A DNA stretch of 64,000 nt, taken from assembly GCA_913009825.1 (NCBI GenBank), contig CAJVYQ010000008.1, positions 14,484 to 78,483 of the forward strand, in the 5' to 3' direction. Each line of letters begins with the position of its first letter. Position 1 is the first letter of the stretch. The notes under the pieces were generated by a model. It was given only the letters and a program-made list of their open reading frames with translations, had not been told where the DNA came from and made no database searches. Positions 20,163 through 29,568 of this stretch are shown one piece after another. Position numbers and translations under genes: made by a program. The stretch is from an uncultured Deferribacteres bacterium. GTDB lineage: Bacteria > Zhuqueibacterota > JdFR-76 > DREG01.

Positions 20163-20232
20163 ACCCCAACCACCTCAAAAAAAAGGAGAAATCACATTTT
20201 TATTTTGAGATGTTTGGGGTTCAGTACCGAAG
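20163..20232 (-). terminator. Long imperfect hairpin downstream of acpP, a candidate terminator or structured 3' UTR
   Basis: On the minus strand, aaccccaaacatctcaaaa pairs with ttttgaggtggttggggtt immediately after the acpP stop codon. Confidence 0.4.
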
Positions 20233-20237
20233 CAAAG

Positions 20238-20477
20238 TTATTTTTCGGCAAGTTTCGCTTCTAAATATTCGATAGCGCTTTTAACAGTGGCAATTTTTTC
20301 GGCATCGTCATCCGGAATTTCAACATCAAATTCTTCTTCGAATGCCATTACCAATTCAACCGTGTCGAGTGAATCTGCACCAAGATCATCAATGAAATGA
20401 GCTTCGGGCGTTACCTGATTCGGGTCAACACCCAACTGCTCAACAATAATCTCTTTCACTTTGTCTGCTGTTGCCAT
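20238..20477 (-). CDS. acpP: Acyl carrier protein
   Basis: The 79-aa product carries the phosphopantetheine attachment motif [20 protein letters not shown]. Confidence 0.95.
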   Translation of the reverse strand: MATADKVKEIIVEQLGVDPNQVTPEAHFIDDLGADSLDTVELVMAFEEEFDVEIPDDDAEKIATVKSAIEYLEAKLAEK

Positions 20478-20553
20478 TCGATGTAACCTCCTTTTTAGTT
20501 ATTTATCTATGCAACTGAATAATCTGCCATGAAGACAGAACAAATTAAATTGT

Positions 20554-21297
20554 TTACATGCGCATACCACCGTCGACGCGGATCACTTCTCCGGTGATAT
20601 ATTTTGCATTTTCTGAAGCAAGAAACAGAACCGTATTGGCAACATCCTGCGGAGCGCCGAAGCAATTGAGGGGAATTACCTTTTTATAGGTTTCTTTCAC
20701 CTGTTCCGAAAGTTTTTGTGTCATTTCCGTTTCGATGAAACCGGGAGCCACCGCGTTTACCGTAATACCGCGAGGCGCCAATTCTTTGGCGGCTGACTTT
20801 GTCAGTCCGATTAAGCCCGCTTTGGAGGCGGAATAGTTGGCCTGTCCCAGGTTACCCATCAAACCGACGACCGAAGAAATATTAACGATGCTGCCGGTGC
20901 GTTTTTTCATCATCTCTTTTGCCGCGGCGCGGGTGCAGTAAAAGGCGCCTTTCAGATTGATGTTCAATACTTTTTCCCAATCTTCGTCTTTCATGCGGAT
21001 CATCAAAGTATCCCGCGTTATGCCGGCATTATTCACCAAAACATCGATCTTGCCAAATTTGTCCACTGTTTTTGCAATCATCCCATTCACATCTTGCGAG
21101 TCGGACACATCGCACTGAACGAAAATGCTTTGATTACCAAGTTCTCTGATCTCCCGCGCTGTTTTTTCACCTTCTTCCGCCAGCACATCCGAAACAACCA
21201 CCGCCGCCCCCGCATCGGCAAAACTCATCGCAATCACTTTGCCTATTCCCCGTGACGATCCGGTAACGAGAACAACTTTTTCCTTAAACCGAGACAT
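20554..21297 (-). CDS. fabG: 3-oxoacyl-ACP reductase
   Basis: The SDR motifs are present (TGSSRGIGK, NNAG, the catalytic YSASKAG) and it sits in the fab cluster. Confidence 0.92.
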   Translation of the reverse strand: MSRFKEKVVLVTGSSRGIGKVIAMSFADAGAAVVVSDVLAEEGEKTAREIRELGNQSIFVQCDVSDSQDVNGMIAKTVDKFGKIDVLVNNAGITRDTLMIRMKDEDWEKVLNINLKGAFYCTRAAAKEMMKKRTGSIVNISSVVGLMGNLGQANYSASKAGLIGLTKSAAKELAPRGITVNAVAPGFIETEMTQKLSEQVKETYKKVIPLNCFGAPQDVANTVLFLASENAKYITGEVIRVDGGMRM

Positions 21298-21321
21298 TTA
21301 TCTTCCTCCGGAATAAACCAT

Positions 21322-22236
21322 TCAAAAAGAATCTATCTCCTCTTTTTTTCCGATGGGAACACACGGTACACTGCGATCGATCCTCTTCAGTAAGCCGGTT
21401 AAAACTTTTCCCGGGCCAAGCTCATAAAATTGTGTCACACCGTTTTTGATGATGGTTTCCATCGTTTCTACCCAACGGACAGGATGGATCAATTGGCTGA
21501 TTAAATTCTGACGAATCTCTTCGGGATTTTGTGTCGCTGCCGCAGTTACATTTGCCACAATGGGACAAACAGGTTCATGAATCTCCGTTTCATTCAATGC
21601 CTTTTCCATCTTTTCCATAGCGCTTGCCATAAGAGGAGAATGAAAAGCGCCGCTTACCATCAATTCAATCGTTTTTCCGGCGCCGGCTTCCCTGGCTAAT
21701 TGCATCGCTTTTTTTACTCCATCGATGGAACCGGAAATAACAAGCTGGCCGGGCGAATTAAAATTAGCGGGTACTACTACATTATCCGTATTGGCTACTT
21801 CGCAGATTTCCGTGATTTTTTCTCCGGATAATCCGACGATGGCTGCCATGGTTCCCGGATTTTCCCTTCCGGCATTCTGCATCGATCCGCCCCGCAGTTT
21901 AATTAGTTCCAATCCCTTCTCAAATGAAAAAGCGCCGCAGGAAACCAGAGCAGAATATTCGCCCAGACTATGACCGGCGACAAAATCGGGAACAAATCCC
22001 TTTTCACGCAGCAAAGAATATACGGCATAACTATGGGTAAAAATAGCAGGTTGGGTAATGTAGGTTTGTTTCAACTCCTCTTCCGGACCGGAAAAAGAAA
22101 GTTTTTTCAAATTAAAATCTACTATTTCATTGGCAGTTTCATAAATTTTTTGCACGGCGGGAAACGCATCATACAAATCTTGTCCCATACCAATATATTG
22201 CGAGGCTTGTCCCGGAAATATAAAAGCTAGTCCCAT
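21322..22236 (-). CDS. fabD: Malonyl CoA-ACP transacylase
   Basis: It has the active-site motif GHSLGEYSALV and the N-terminus FIFPGQASQYIGMG. Confidence 0.93.
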   Translation of the reverse strand: MGLAFIFPGQASQYIGMGQDLYDAFPAVQKIYETANEIVDFNLKKLSFSGPEEELKQTYITQPAIFTHSYAVYSLLREKGFVPDFVAGHSLGEYSALVSCGAFSFEKGLELIKLRGGSMQNAGRENPGTMAAIVGLSGEKITEICEVANTDNVVVPANFNSPGQLVISGSIDGVKKAMQLAREAGAGKTIELMVSGAFHSPLMASAMEKMEKALNETEIHEPVCPIVANVTAAATQNPEEIRQNLISQLIHPVRWVETMETIIKNGVTQFYELGPGKVLTGLLKRIDRSVPCVPIGKKEEIDSF

Positions 22237-22256
22237 TTATAGCAACTCCCCAATTC

Positions 22257-23249
22257 TTAAAACCTAACTAAGGCTGATCCCCAGGTGAAACCACCGCCAA
22301 ATGCAACCAACAGGACCAGATCATTTTCTTTGAATTTGCCCAAATGGTAAGCCTCATGCAATGCAATCGGAATGGAGGCAGAGGAGGTATTGCCAAATCT
22401 ATCCAAATTTACATAGACACGGTCATCCGGCATGTGTAAGCGTTTGGCAATTGCCTCGATGATCCGAATATTGGCTTGATGCGGAATAAACAGATTTACA
22501 TCATCCCCGTTAAAGCCGTTCCCTTGAAGCACTCTTGTTGCCGCATCCCCCATTAAAGTAACCGCATGACGAAAAACTTCTCTGCCTTCCATTTTCAGAA
22601 AATATTTTTCCGGGTTTTCTTTTGCTTCCGACGGAGGATATATTGAACCGCCGCCCGGCATATTTAACAGGTGATTCAACCGGCCGTCACTTTTAACAAA
22701 GGTGCCGACGATGCCTCTTTTGCCATCGGAGGGCTGCATCACGGCACAGCCGGCCCCATCGCCAAAAAGGACACACGTCCCGCGGTCATTCCAGTTTATA
22801 ATCCTGCTTAGTATCTCCGCGCCGACCACCAAAATATTTTTATATTTTCCTGAGGAAATCATACCGTCGGCCAGGTTGAGACCGTAAATAAAACCGGTAC
22901 ATGCGGCACTGATATCGTAAGCAGCTGCGTTGACTGCACCGATTTTTTCTTGTAGAAAACAAGCCGCCGATGGAAAATACATATCCGGCGTTACAGTAGC
23001 AAAAATGATTATATCCAATTCTTCGGCCGGAAGGTTTGCCTGTTTCAGGGCAATTTCCGCCGCTTTGGCCGCATAGAAAGAAGTTCCTTTTCCGGATTCG
23101 GCAATACGCCTTTCACGGATTCCGGTTCTGGTGCGAATCCATTCATCGGAAGTATCCACCATTTCAGCCAGATCGTGATTGGTTAAAATTTTGTCGGGAA
23201 CAAATGCCCCCAAACCTGTGATCATCGAGAATATTTTTCTATTTTCCAA
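22257..23249 (-). CDS. fabH: 3-oxoacyl-ACP synthase III
   Basis: The KAS III signatures are present (AACTGFIYGL, HQANIRII, GNTSSASIPIAL). Confidence 0.93.
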   Translation of the reverse strand: MENRKIFSMITGLGAFVPDKILTNHDLAEMVDTSDEWIRTRTGIRERRIAESGKGTSFYAAKAAEIALKQANLPAEELDIIIFATVTPDMYFPSAACFLQEKIGAVNAAAYDISAACTGFIYGLNLADGMISSGKYKNILVVGAEILSRIINWNDRGTCVLFGDGAGCAVMQPSDGKRGIVGTFVKSDGRLNHLLNMPGGGSIYPPSEAKENPEKYFLKMEGREVFRHAVTLMGDAATRVLQGNGFNGDDVNLFIPHQANIRIIEAIAKRLHMPDDRVYVNLDRFGNTSSASIPIALHEAYHLGKFKENDLVLLVAFGGGFTWGSALVRF

Positions 23250-23251
23250 AC

Positions 23252-24265
23252 TTATGCTCCCTGATTACGCGCAATCTCTAACATTAACTTATGGTTCAAA
23301 TCCTGCTCCATCATCTTTCGGGCCTCGCGAATCGCATTTCGAATTGCTTTTGGCGAGGAACGGCCGTGGCTGACCACACAAACTTTATTCAACCCTAACA
23401 GAGGAACGCCGCCATATTCCTGATAATCCATTATTTTCTTCAATTTTCTGAAAGCGGGTTTCATCAAAAGAGCGCCAACATTTGCCGGAATATTGTGTCC
23501 AACATTCTTTTTCAACGTCCGCGTAAACATCCCCACCACACTTTCGGCAAATTTCAAAACGATATTTCCGACAAACCCGTCGCAAACAACCACTTCCGCC
23601 AAGCCGCCAAAAATATCCCGTCCCTCCACATTACCGATAAAATTCAGGGTACTCTCTTTGAGCAGCTTGTGGGACTCACGCACCAACTCATTGCCTTTGG
23701 ATTCCTCCTCACCAATATTCAGCAAACCAACCTTAGGCCGGCTGATATCGAAAATATGCTCTACATAGACCGATCCCATCACGGCAAATTGCAGCAGATT
23801 GAGCGGCTTGCAATCCGAATTTGCCCCAACGTCGATCAGCACACAGAGCCCTTTTTCAGTCGGAATGAATGAACCGAGACCAGGCCGGTTCACTTTTGGC
23901 AAACGTCCCAGAGTCAGCAGAGATGAAGCCATAAACGCACCGGTATTTCCGGCGCTAACCACAGCATCAGCCAGGTCTTTTTTTAAAAGCTGAGAACTAA
24001 CAACAATGGAAGAATCTTTCTTGCTGCGCAACGCATGGGTTGGCGATTCCTCCATCCCAATCACTTCCGAGGCGTGATAAATTTGAATCGGCAAGTTTTT
24101 AATAGAATATTTTGCAATCTCCCGCCGAATTAAATTTTCATCACCGACTAAAATAATTTCATATCTCCCCCTGGCCACCCTGGCTGCCTGAATAGCACCA
24201 TCAACGGGAGACTCGGGGGCAAAATCGCCTCCCATCGCATCAACGGCAATTCTCATTGGTTTCAT
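23252..24265 (-). CDS. plsX: Phosphate acyltransferase PlsX
   Basis: The N-terminus MRIAVDAMGGDFAPE matches the PlsX motif, and the gene is at the canonical rpmF-plsX-fabH position. Confidence 0.92.
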   Translation of the reverse strand: MKPMRIAVDAMGGDFAPESPVDGAIQAARVARGRYEIILVGDENLIRREIAKYSIKNLPIQIYHASEVIGMEESPTHALRSKKDSSIVVSSQLLKKDLADAVVSAGNTGAFMASSLLTLGRLPKVNRPGLGSFIPTEKGLCVLIDVGANSDCKPLNLLQFAVMGSVYVEHIFDISRPKVGLLNIGEEESKGNELVRESHKLLKESTLNFIGNVEGRDIFGGLAEVVVCDGFVGNIVLKFAESVVGMFTRTLKKNVGHNIPANVGALLMKPAFRKLKKIMDYQEYGGVPLLGLNKVCVVSHGRSSPKAIRNAIREARKMMEQDLNHKLMLEIARNQGA

Positions 24266-24364
24266 TGTTGTTTAGTCACACTGATTGTTTTTGAACTAAA
24301 AAAGAAAAACGGCGTCATCAAAGATAAGCACCTGTTCCCGGAAATTTAATGGCCGATTAAACTA

Positions 24365-24544
24365 TTTATTCCTTTGGCTGGTAGACCATCTGACCATTAT
24401 AATAGCCGCAATGAGGACAAATCCGGTGTGGCAGTTTGGGTTGATGACATTGCGGGCACTCGGATAAATTAGCAGCCGATAATTTCCAATGAGTACGGCG
24501 TTTATCTCGACGAGATTTTGAAGTTTTCCTTTTGGGATTAGCCA
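24365..24544 (-). CDS. rpmF: 50S ribosomal protein L32
   Basis: This gene is not in the ORF track. The 59-aa product is below the track cutoff, and the listed 24362..24568 ORF is in the wrong frame. Manual translation gives [59 protein letters not shown], a classic L32 with CxxC...CxxC. Confidence 0.9.
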
Positions 24545-24582
24545 TAACGTCTTTAATTTCCTTCTCAATTTATTACGCTTGT

Positions 24583-25122
24583 TTATTTCTCTTCCATTTC
24601 ATGCAGTAAATCCAGCAATCCTTCCCAGCGCGAATCATTCGTTTTCTGCGAACATGTGCATTTTTCAACATTTAAATCCCTGCCGCACCCCGGGCAGATT
24701 CCCTTGCAGTCCGGTGAACAGACCGTTTTCATCGGCACCATTAACAGCAGTGTATCCAGAACATCCCGGGAAAGATCGATCTCCTTTTCATGGGAGTAGT
24801 AGATCCGAATGGAATCATCCTGAGTCTGCCGGTCTTCATCGATCAAATGGCTCCGGCCACCGGTCCCCAAAATTTCAAAATATAACCGGTATTTTCCGGT
24901 TAGAGATTGATCAAACTCTTTCAGGCAACGGTCACAAGTAAAATGAGCTTCCGTTTGGAGCGCCGCCTTAATATAAATATGCGTTTCAGTCTTATCTATT
25001 TCCAAATGGCTGACAATCGGATTAGGAAACATCACCGAATCTTCCACTTGCAACTGCCCGGCTGATTCCTCAAAATCCAGTTTCTGAAAACCGTCCGCCA
25101 AACTGTTTACGACAATTTTCAA
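24583..25122 (-). CDS. yceD: YceD/DUF177 family protein (large-ribosomal-subunit biogenesis-associated)
   Basis: The 179-aa product has two Cys pairs (CDRC, CPGCGRDLN) and the conserved position upstream of rpmF. Confidence 0.85.
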   Translation of the reverse strand: MKIVVNSLADGFQKLDFEESAGQLQVEDSVMFPNPIVSHLEIDKTETHIYIKAALQTEAHFTCDRCLKEFDQSLTGKYRLYFEILGTGGRSHLIDEDRQTQDDSIRIYYSHEKEIDLSRDVLDTLLLMVPMKTVCSPDCKGICPGCGRDLNVEKCTCSQKTNDSRWEGLLDLLHEMEEK

Positions 25123-25290
25123 AGCTAATACCGCCTAAAATGTTACAAAAAAGGCATATTCCCCGCTTCAAAATGGTTTAAAATATAGATAAAAAAAATT
25201 TATTAGTCAAGTTTTTATTTTACCGGATTCTACCAATCAGGAGCGCAAATAGCGCGAAATAAGTATAAAATTCCAGTCGTTTACCATGGG

Positions 25291-25318
25291 TTGCAAAAGC
25301 AGGCAGTTTGCATAATAT
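25291..25318 (+). promoter_or_regulatory. Sigma70-like promoter (-35 TTGCAA, 16-nt spacer, -10 TAATAT)
   Basis: TTGCAA is at 25291-25296 and TAATAT at 25313-25318. It is oriented toward the small ORF at 25394. Confidence 0.45.
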
Positions 25319-25393
25319 TAAAGGTGAATCACCGGTCGAATATCCGTTAACGTGATTTACCGGAAAATTACCGGCAAGAAGAGGAGATAATTT

Positions 25394-25474
25394 AATGCGT
25401 CTCTTGCGAGTTTTCTGCTGTTTTTTGTTGCCGTGTTTTCTGTTTAAAATCGATGCTTCCGCAACGCGAATCTG
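25394..25474 (+). CDS. Candidate small ORF (26 aa, hydrophobic, Cys-rich) with a strong Shine-Dalgarno
   Basis: AGAGGAG lies 8 nt upstream of the ATG. The peptide is MRLLRVFCCFLLPCFLFKIDASATRI. It is the only plus-strand coding candidate in this region. Confidence 0.3.
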
Positions 25475-25565
25475 ACCTTTTTCACCGGTTATTATTATCA
25501 AAAAAAATTCTTCTCAGGGTGAACTGATTGAATGATTAACAGATATAAGACCATTCTTCCTTTTA

Positions 25566-25630
25566 GCCACAGAAATGAAATGCCGCAGATTTTATTAATT
25601 TTTTATTTCTGCGGCATTTCATTTCTGTGG
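25566..25630. repeat. Family-6 palindromic element (23-bp perfect arms GCCACAGAAATGAAATGCCGCAG) that may act as a bidirectional terminator
   Basis: The arm gccacagaaatgaaatgccgcag is followed by a 19-nt AT-rich loop and then ctgcggcatttcatttctgtggc. A related copy lies at 61927-61984. Confidence 0.8.
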
Positions 25631-25705
25631 CTAAAATTTGTTTTATAATTTGATGAGGCGGTTCAATGTTCCGCCAGTCTTTTTAAATGGATACACGCAC
25701 ACCTT

Positions 25706-26770
25706 TCACTCGCCGAACTTCTCCCGCAATTTCGCTCTTCTGTCGGCAAAAAATGGTTCCGCATCTTTGCGGGTGTACGTTCTACCGGCAAAATCACGTG
25801 TGAACAGGTTGGCCAGGAACCGGTTTTCAAAATCGGCAATGCGTTTGCCGTAAATGTGGAAAGAATCCGATTCATCTAGGTAGCGTCCGATTTTCACCTC
25901 CCGACCAATCCGTTTACTAACTTCGGCGGCAACATATTCCATGATATGGATGAAGGCAAAACAGTTCATAAAAGAGGCATCGTAAGCGTCACGGCTGCGA
26001 AAACGGATATTCATATTTAAGGTTGGGTTACCTTTTTCATCGTTCAGGATTCGGAACCACATACTCTGCAGACAAGCAGGATCGTAGATATCCGTATCCA
26101 TGTACGGCTGCCAGGTGATCGCCTGAGCCTGGCGGGTGAAGGGCTGCGCAGCAAGTTTTTCGATGATATATTCAATCTGATCGATCCGGACAAAAGTTTG
26201 TTTTTTCCCGTTAACTTCTGTTTCAACCGTTTTTACATAATTGTGGTCGAAGAGAAAATGGGCCGTTTCCCGTTCATGGAATCTTTTCTTTTCCAGATCC
26301 GGTAAGCTGCATAAGAATCGATCGAATTCACTTAAAGGAACCTGGTAGGCAAAAAGTCTTTCATGGTAAGTGTATTGCCACCGGGTGTCTTCGGGATCCA
26401 ACGGATTCCGAACCCAATGATCTTTGATTCCGTCCCGGACTTCCTGCACATACTCCTCCAGGTCTTCAAAACCGCCGGGGATCCCGCCCATGTGGATCAT
26501 CGGTTCCGCTGCCGCATTTTCAATGGAAATCAAAATTGAACAATCTTTACTGGGGGGATCAAGGTAGTTTCCATTTTTATCTTTGGCATCGTACTGGGTT
26601 CGAATCCCGCAGCCGTAGGCATAAAGTCCCAGCATGGCATTCTCCCAGGCCTCAGCCAGGGAAACTCCCGAAACGGCAACCACAGGAATGTTTCCGTTTT
26701 CAGCCGGACTGATAAGATGAATTTTGGCCTTTTTCTGCCGGAGTATTTCATGCAAAAATTTGGTTTCCAT
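25706..26770 (-). CDS. Divergent thymidylate-synthase-fold protein (ThyA / pyrimidine hydroxymethylase family), 354 aa
   Basis: The C-terminal half aligns with the ThyA catalytic core. QAITWQP corresponds to ThyA RIIVSAWN, and PAC provides the nucleophile Cys as in the ThyA PCH motif. NIRFRSRDAYDASFMNCFAF corresponds to [20 protein letters not shown], and DSFHIYG corresponds to DTHLYSNH. The N-terminal region of about 150 aa has no counterpart I recognise, and only one Arg of the RR phosphate-binding pair is retained. Confidence 0.6.
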   Translation of the reverse strand: METKFLHEILRQKKAKIHLISPAENGNIPVVAVSGVSLAEAWENAMLGLYAYGCGIRTQYDAKDKNGNYLDPPSKDCSILISIENAAAEPMIHMGGIPGGFEDLEEYVQEVRDGIKDHWVRNPLDPEDTRWQYTYHERLFAYQVPLSEFDRFLCSLPDLEKKRFHERETAHFLFDHNYVKTVETEVNGKKQTFVRIDQIEYIIEKLAAQPFTRQAQAITWQPYMDTDIYDPACLQSMWFRILNDEKGNPTLNMNIRFRSRDAYDASFMNCFAFIHIMEYVAAEVSKRIGREVKIGRYLDESDSFHIYGKRIADFENRFLANLFTRDFAGRTYTRKDAEPFFADRRAKLREKFGE

Positions 26771-26847
26771 CGATCCTCCCTTTGCGTCTATTTCATCTGT
26801 TTGGCGAGCGGAATTTTACCAATTCAATCTAAATTCCGAACGAGATG

Positions 26848-28236
26848 TCAGCTTAAATATTCATGAATTGCGCCGGCGGCTTGCCGGCCATTGCCCATGG
26901 CCAAAATGACGGTAGCTCCGCCTGAAACAATATCTCCGCCGGCAAACACACCTTCTTTTGAAGTAGCCCCGGTCACCGGATCCGCCCGGATGAACCCGCG
27001 GCGATTTAATTCCAACCCGGGAGTAGTATTCAGAAGAATAGGATTGGGACCCTGGCCGACGGCCATGATTACCGTATCGATGGGGAAACTGTATTCGGAA
27101 CCCTCGATAGCAACAGGCCGCCTTCTGCCGGAAGCATCAGGCTCACCCAATTGCATTTTTTGTAATTCAATTTCCCTTACCCAACCATCTTTATCACCTT
27201 TTATTTCAACGGGAGATTCAAGCAATCTAAAGATAATTCCTTCTTGTTTAGCGTGATGTATTTCTTCGTTCCTTGCCGGCATTTCAACTTCGGAACGGCG
27301 GTAAATTAAGTAAGCTTTCTCCGCGCCTAACCGTTTGGCCGTTCGCACGGAATCCATGGCCGTATTACCGCCACCAATAACAGCAACATTTTTACCGACG
27401 TGAATGGGAGTATCCACTTGCGGGAAGAGATAGGATTTCATCAGGTTTGCCCGGGTCAGGAACTCATTTGCCGAGTACACACCATTCAGGTTCTCTCCCG
27501 GAATATTCATAAAATAGGGCAATCCGGCGCCGGTACCTACAAAAACGGCATCGTATTCCGCCCGTAATTCGTCAATCATTTCCGTAATGCCGATCACATA
27601 GTTGGTGCGAACATCAACGCCCAATTGGGTCAGCACATTCACTTCTTTTGCCAGGATCGCTTTAGGTAAGCGAAATTCCGGAATACCGTAACCGAGCACA
27701 CCGCCGGTCATGTGCAGAGCTTCAAACATCGTCACATTGTATCCCCTCTGAGCCAGATCTCCTGCCACAGTGATTCCGGCCGGCCCGGAGCCGACCACAG
27801 CCACTTTTTTTGCAATGCGGCGTTCCCGTTCCGGAATTAGCATTTTATCCATTTCACGGGCGTAATCCGCCACAAACCGTTCTAATCTGCCGATCGCGAT
27901 CGGTTCGTGTTTGATCCCCATTATACAAGGCGCCTGGCACTGTTCTTCCTGGGGACAAACCCGGCCACAAATAGACGGGAGCACATTTTTTTCCATCACT
28001 TTATAGTAAGCTTCAATAAATTTCCCTTCGGCAGTCAATTTAATAAATTCCGGTATATCGATTCCCACCGGGCACCCCGAAATGCAAACCGGTTTTTTAC
28101 ATTGCACACAACGGGATGCTTCCCCGATTGCCATTTCCGGCGTATAACCTAAAGGAACCTCTTTAAAATTATATATTCTTTCTTGCGGATCCTGTTCGGG
28201 CATCGCCATCGCTTCATGTACTATTTTCTTGGCCAT
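26848..28236 (-). CDS. nfnB: NADH-dependent reduced-ferredoxin:NADP oxidoreductase large subunit (GltD-like)
   Basis: The 462-aa product has two [4Fe-4S] Cys motifs at the N-terminus (CVQCKKPVCISGCP, CGRVCPQEEQCQAPC) followed by FAD/NAD(P) Rossmann folds (VAVVGSGPAG ... VAVIGGGNTAMD). Confidence 0.85.
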   Translation of the reverse strand: MAKKIVHEAMAMPEQDPQERIYNFKEVPLGYTPEMAIGEASRCVQCKKPVCISGCPVGIDIPEFIKLTAEGKFIEAYYKVMEKNVLPSICGRVCPQEEQCQAPCIMGIKHEPIAIGRLERFVADYAREMDKMLIPERERRIAKKVAVVGSGPAGITVAGDLAQRGYNVTMFEALHMTGGVLGYGIPEFRLPKAILAKEVNVLTQLGVDVRTNYVIGITEMIDELRAEYDAVFVGTGAGLPYFMNIPGENLNGVYSANEFLTRANLMKSYLFPQVDTPIHVGKNVAVIGGGNTAMDSVRTAKRLGAEKAYLIYRRSEVEMPARNEEIHHAKQEGIIFRLLESPVEIKGDKDGWVREIELQKMQLGEPDASGRRRPVAIEGSEYSFPIDTVIMAVGQGPNPILLNTTPGLELNRRGFIRADPVTGATSKEGVFAGGDIVSGGATVILAMGNGRQAAGAIHEYLS

Positions 28237-28261
28237 TACTTCCTCATCTTAATAATTTTCT

Positions 28262-29107
28262 TCATGAGATACGATTTTCATGGATTCCTTTCCATTTTTC
28301 CCATGAAAGTTTTTCCTGTTTGTGGTACATCCGCTGGCGCTGCACCAGCAGATCGAAATCAACCAGGTGTGCATCAAAATCCGGACCGTCCACACAGGCA
28401 AATTTGGTTTCACCGCCAACCTTCACACGACAGGCGCCGCACATGCCGGTCCCGTCAACCATGATCGGGTTAAGACTCACGATCGTGGGAATTCCGGCGG
28501 TTTTGGTTGTATTGGCCACGGCGCGCATCATGGGCACGGGTCCGATACAGAAAACACGATCTACCTTTTTATTGACATCGGCAATCAGGTCATTAAGCGG
28601 ACCGGTTACCAACCCCTGAAAACCGTAACTGCCGTCGTCGGTAGTTACATAGAGTTTGTGACTGGCCTGCTTCATGTGTGATTCCAAAATAACCAGAGAA
28701 TGGGTTCTTGCTCCGATAATGGAGATCACTTCATTGCCGGCCTGTTTCATGGCCAAGGCCACAGGGTAGATTTCCGCGACACCTACACCACCGCCCATGC
28801 AAACAACACGGCCGTAATTTTCCACTTCCGTCGCCTTACCTAACGGGCCAACCACATCTAAAATAGCGTCGCCTTCTGCCAATGTACCGAGTTGAAAAGT
28901 GGATTTGCCAACTTCCTGAAAAATGATGGTGATGGTCCCAGCTCCCACATCTGTATCAGCAATAGTTAAAGGGAATCTTTCTCCGTTTAGATCTATTCTC
29001 AAAATTACAAATTGGCCCGGTTTGCGTTTCCCGGCAATGGCCGAGGCCTGCAAAACAAATTGTTTAACATTTGGTCCTAATATTTTTTTACTTAAAATGG
29101 GAAACAT
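28262..29107 (-). CDS. nfnA: NfnA small subunit (PyrK-like, FAD plus [2Fe-2S])
   Basis: The 281-aa product has a ferredoxin-NADP reductase-like fold and the C-terminal Cys cluster CGACRVKVGGETKFACVDGPDF. It is paired with the GltD-like gene as in nfnAB and sudAB loci. Confidence 0.8.
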   Translation of the reverse strand: MFPILSKKILGPNVKQFVLQASAIAGKRKPGQFVILRIDLNGERFPLTIADTDVGAGTITIIFQEVGKSTFQLGTLAEGDAILDVVGPLGKATEVENYGRVVCMGGGVGVAEIYPVALAMKQAGNEVISIIGARTHSLVILESHMKQASHKLYVTTDDGSYGFQGLVTGPLNDLIADVNKKVDRVFCIGPVPMMRAVANTTKTAGIPTIVSLNPIMVDGTGMCGACRVKVGGETKFACVDGPDFDAHLVDFDLLVQRQRMYHKQEKLSWEKWKGIHENRIS

Positions 29108-29120
29108 TCTCAGTCCTCTC

Positions 29121-29549
29121 TTAGTTTTTATTCTGAATCAATTCGGCTTCCGAAAAGAAAAATGCTGCCTCTAGTTTAGCATTTTCCGGAGAATCCGAAC
29201 CGTGAACAATATTGTTTTGTTTACTGGAAGCAAATTCTTTGCGAATGGTCCCTTCGGCAGCTTCTGCCGGATCCGTAGCCCCGATAAGTTTGCGAAAATC
29301 TTCCACGGCATTCTCTTTTTCCAACACCATGGGAACACATCGACCGGATGACATAAATTCCACTAATTCACCATAAAAATGGCGTTCTTTGTGCACAGCA
29401 TAAAATGCACCGGCGGTTTTTACATCCATTTTGGTTAACTTCATAGCAACCAGCTCAAAGCCGGCCTGTAAAATTCTATCTAAAACTTTACCGGCGAAAC
29501 CTGCTTTTATACAATCAGGTTTAAGTATTGCTAATGTTCTTTCTTTCAA
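29121..29549 (-). CDS. ndk: Nucleoside diphosphate kinase
   Basis: The NDK motifs are present ([10 protein letters not shown] ... NIVHGSD). Confidence 0.93.
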   Translation of the reverse strand: MKERTLAILKPDCIKAGFAGKVLDRILQAGFELVAMKLTKMDVKTAGAFYAVHKERHFYGELVEFMSSGRCVPMVLEKENAVEDFRKLIGATDPAEAAEGTIRKEFASSKQNNIVHGSDSPENAKLEAAFFFSEAELIQNKN

Positions 29550-29568
29550 TTCAGCCTCCGTCAGTTTA

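Noticed and set aside
24362-24568. Tracked 68-aa ORF on the minus strand
   Set aside because: It is the wrong frame. The same interval encodes canonical L32 (rpmF) in another frame at 24365-24544.
25220-25501. Tracked 93-aa minus-strand ORF
   Set aside because: It has a low-complexity basic translation antisense to the candidate promoter and small ORF, and no family I recognise.
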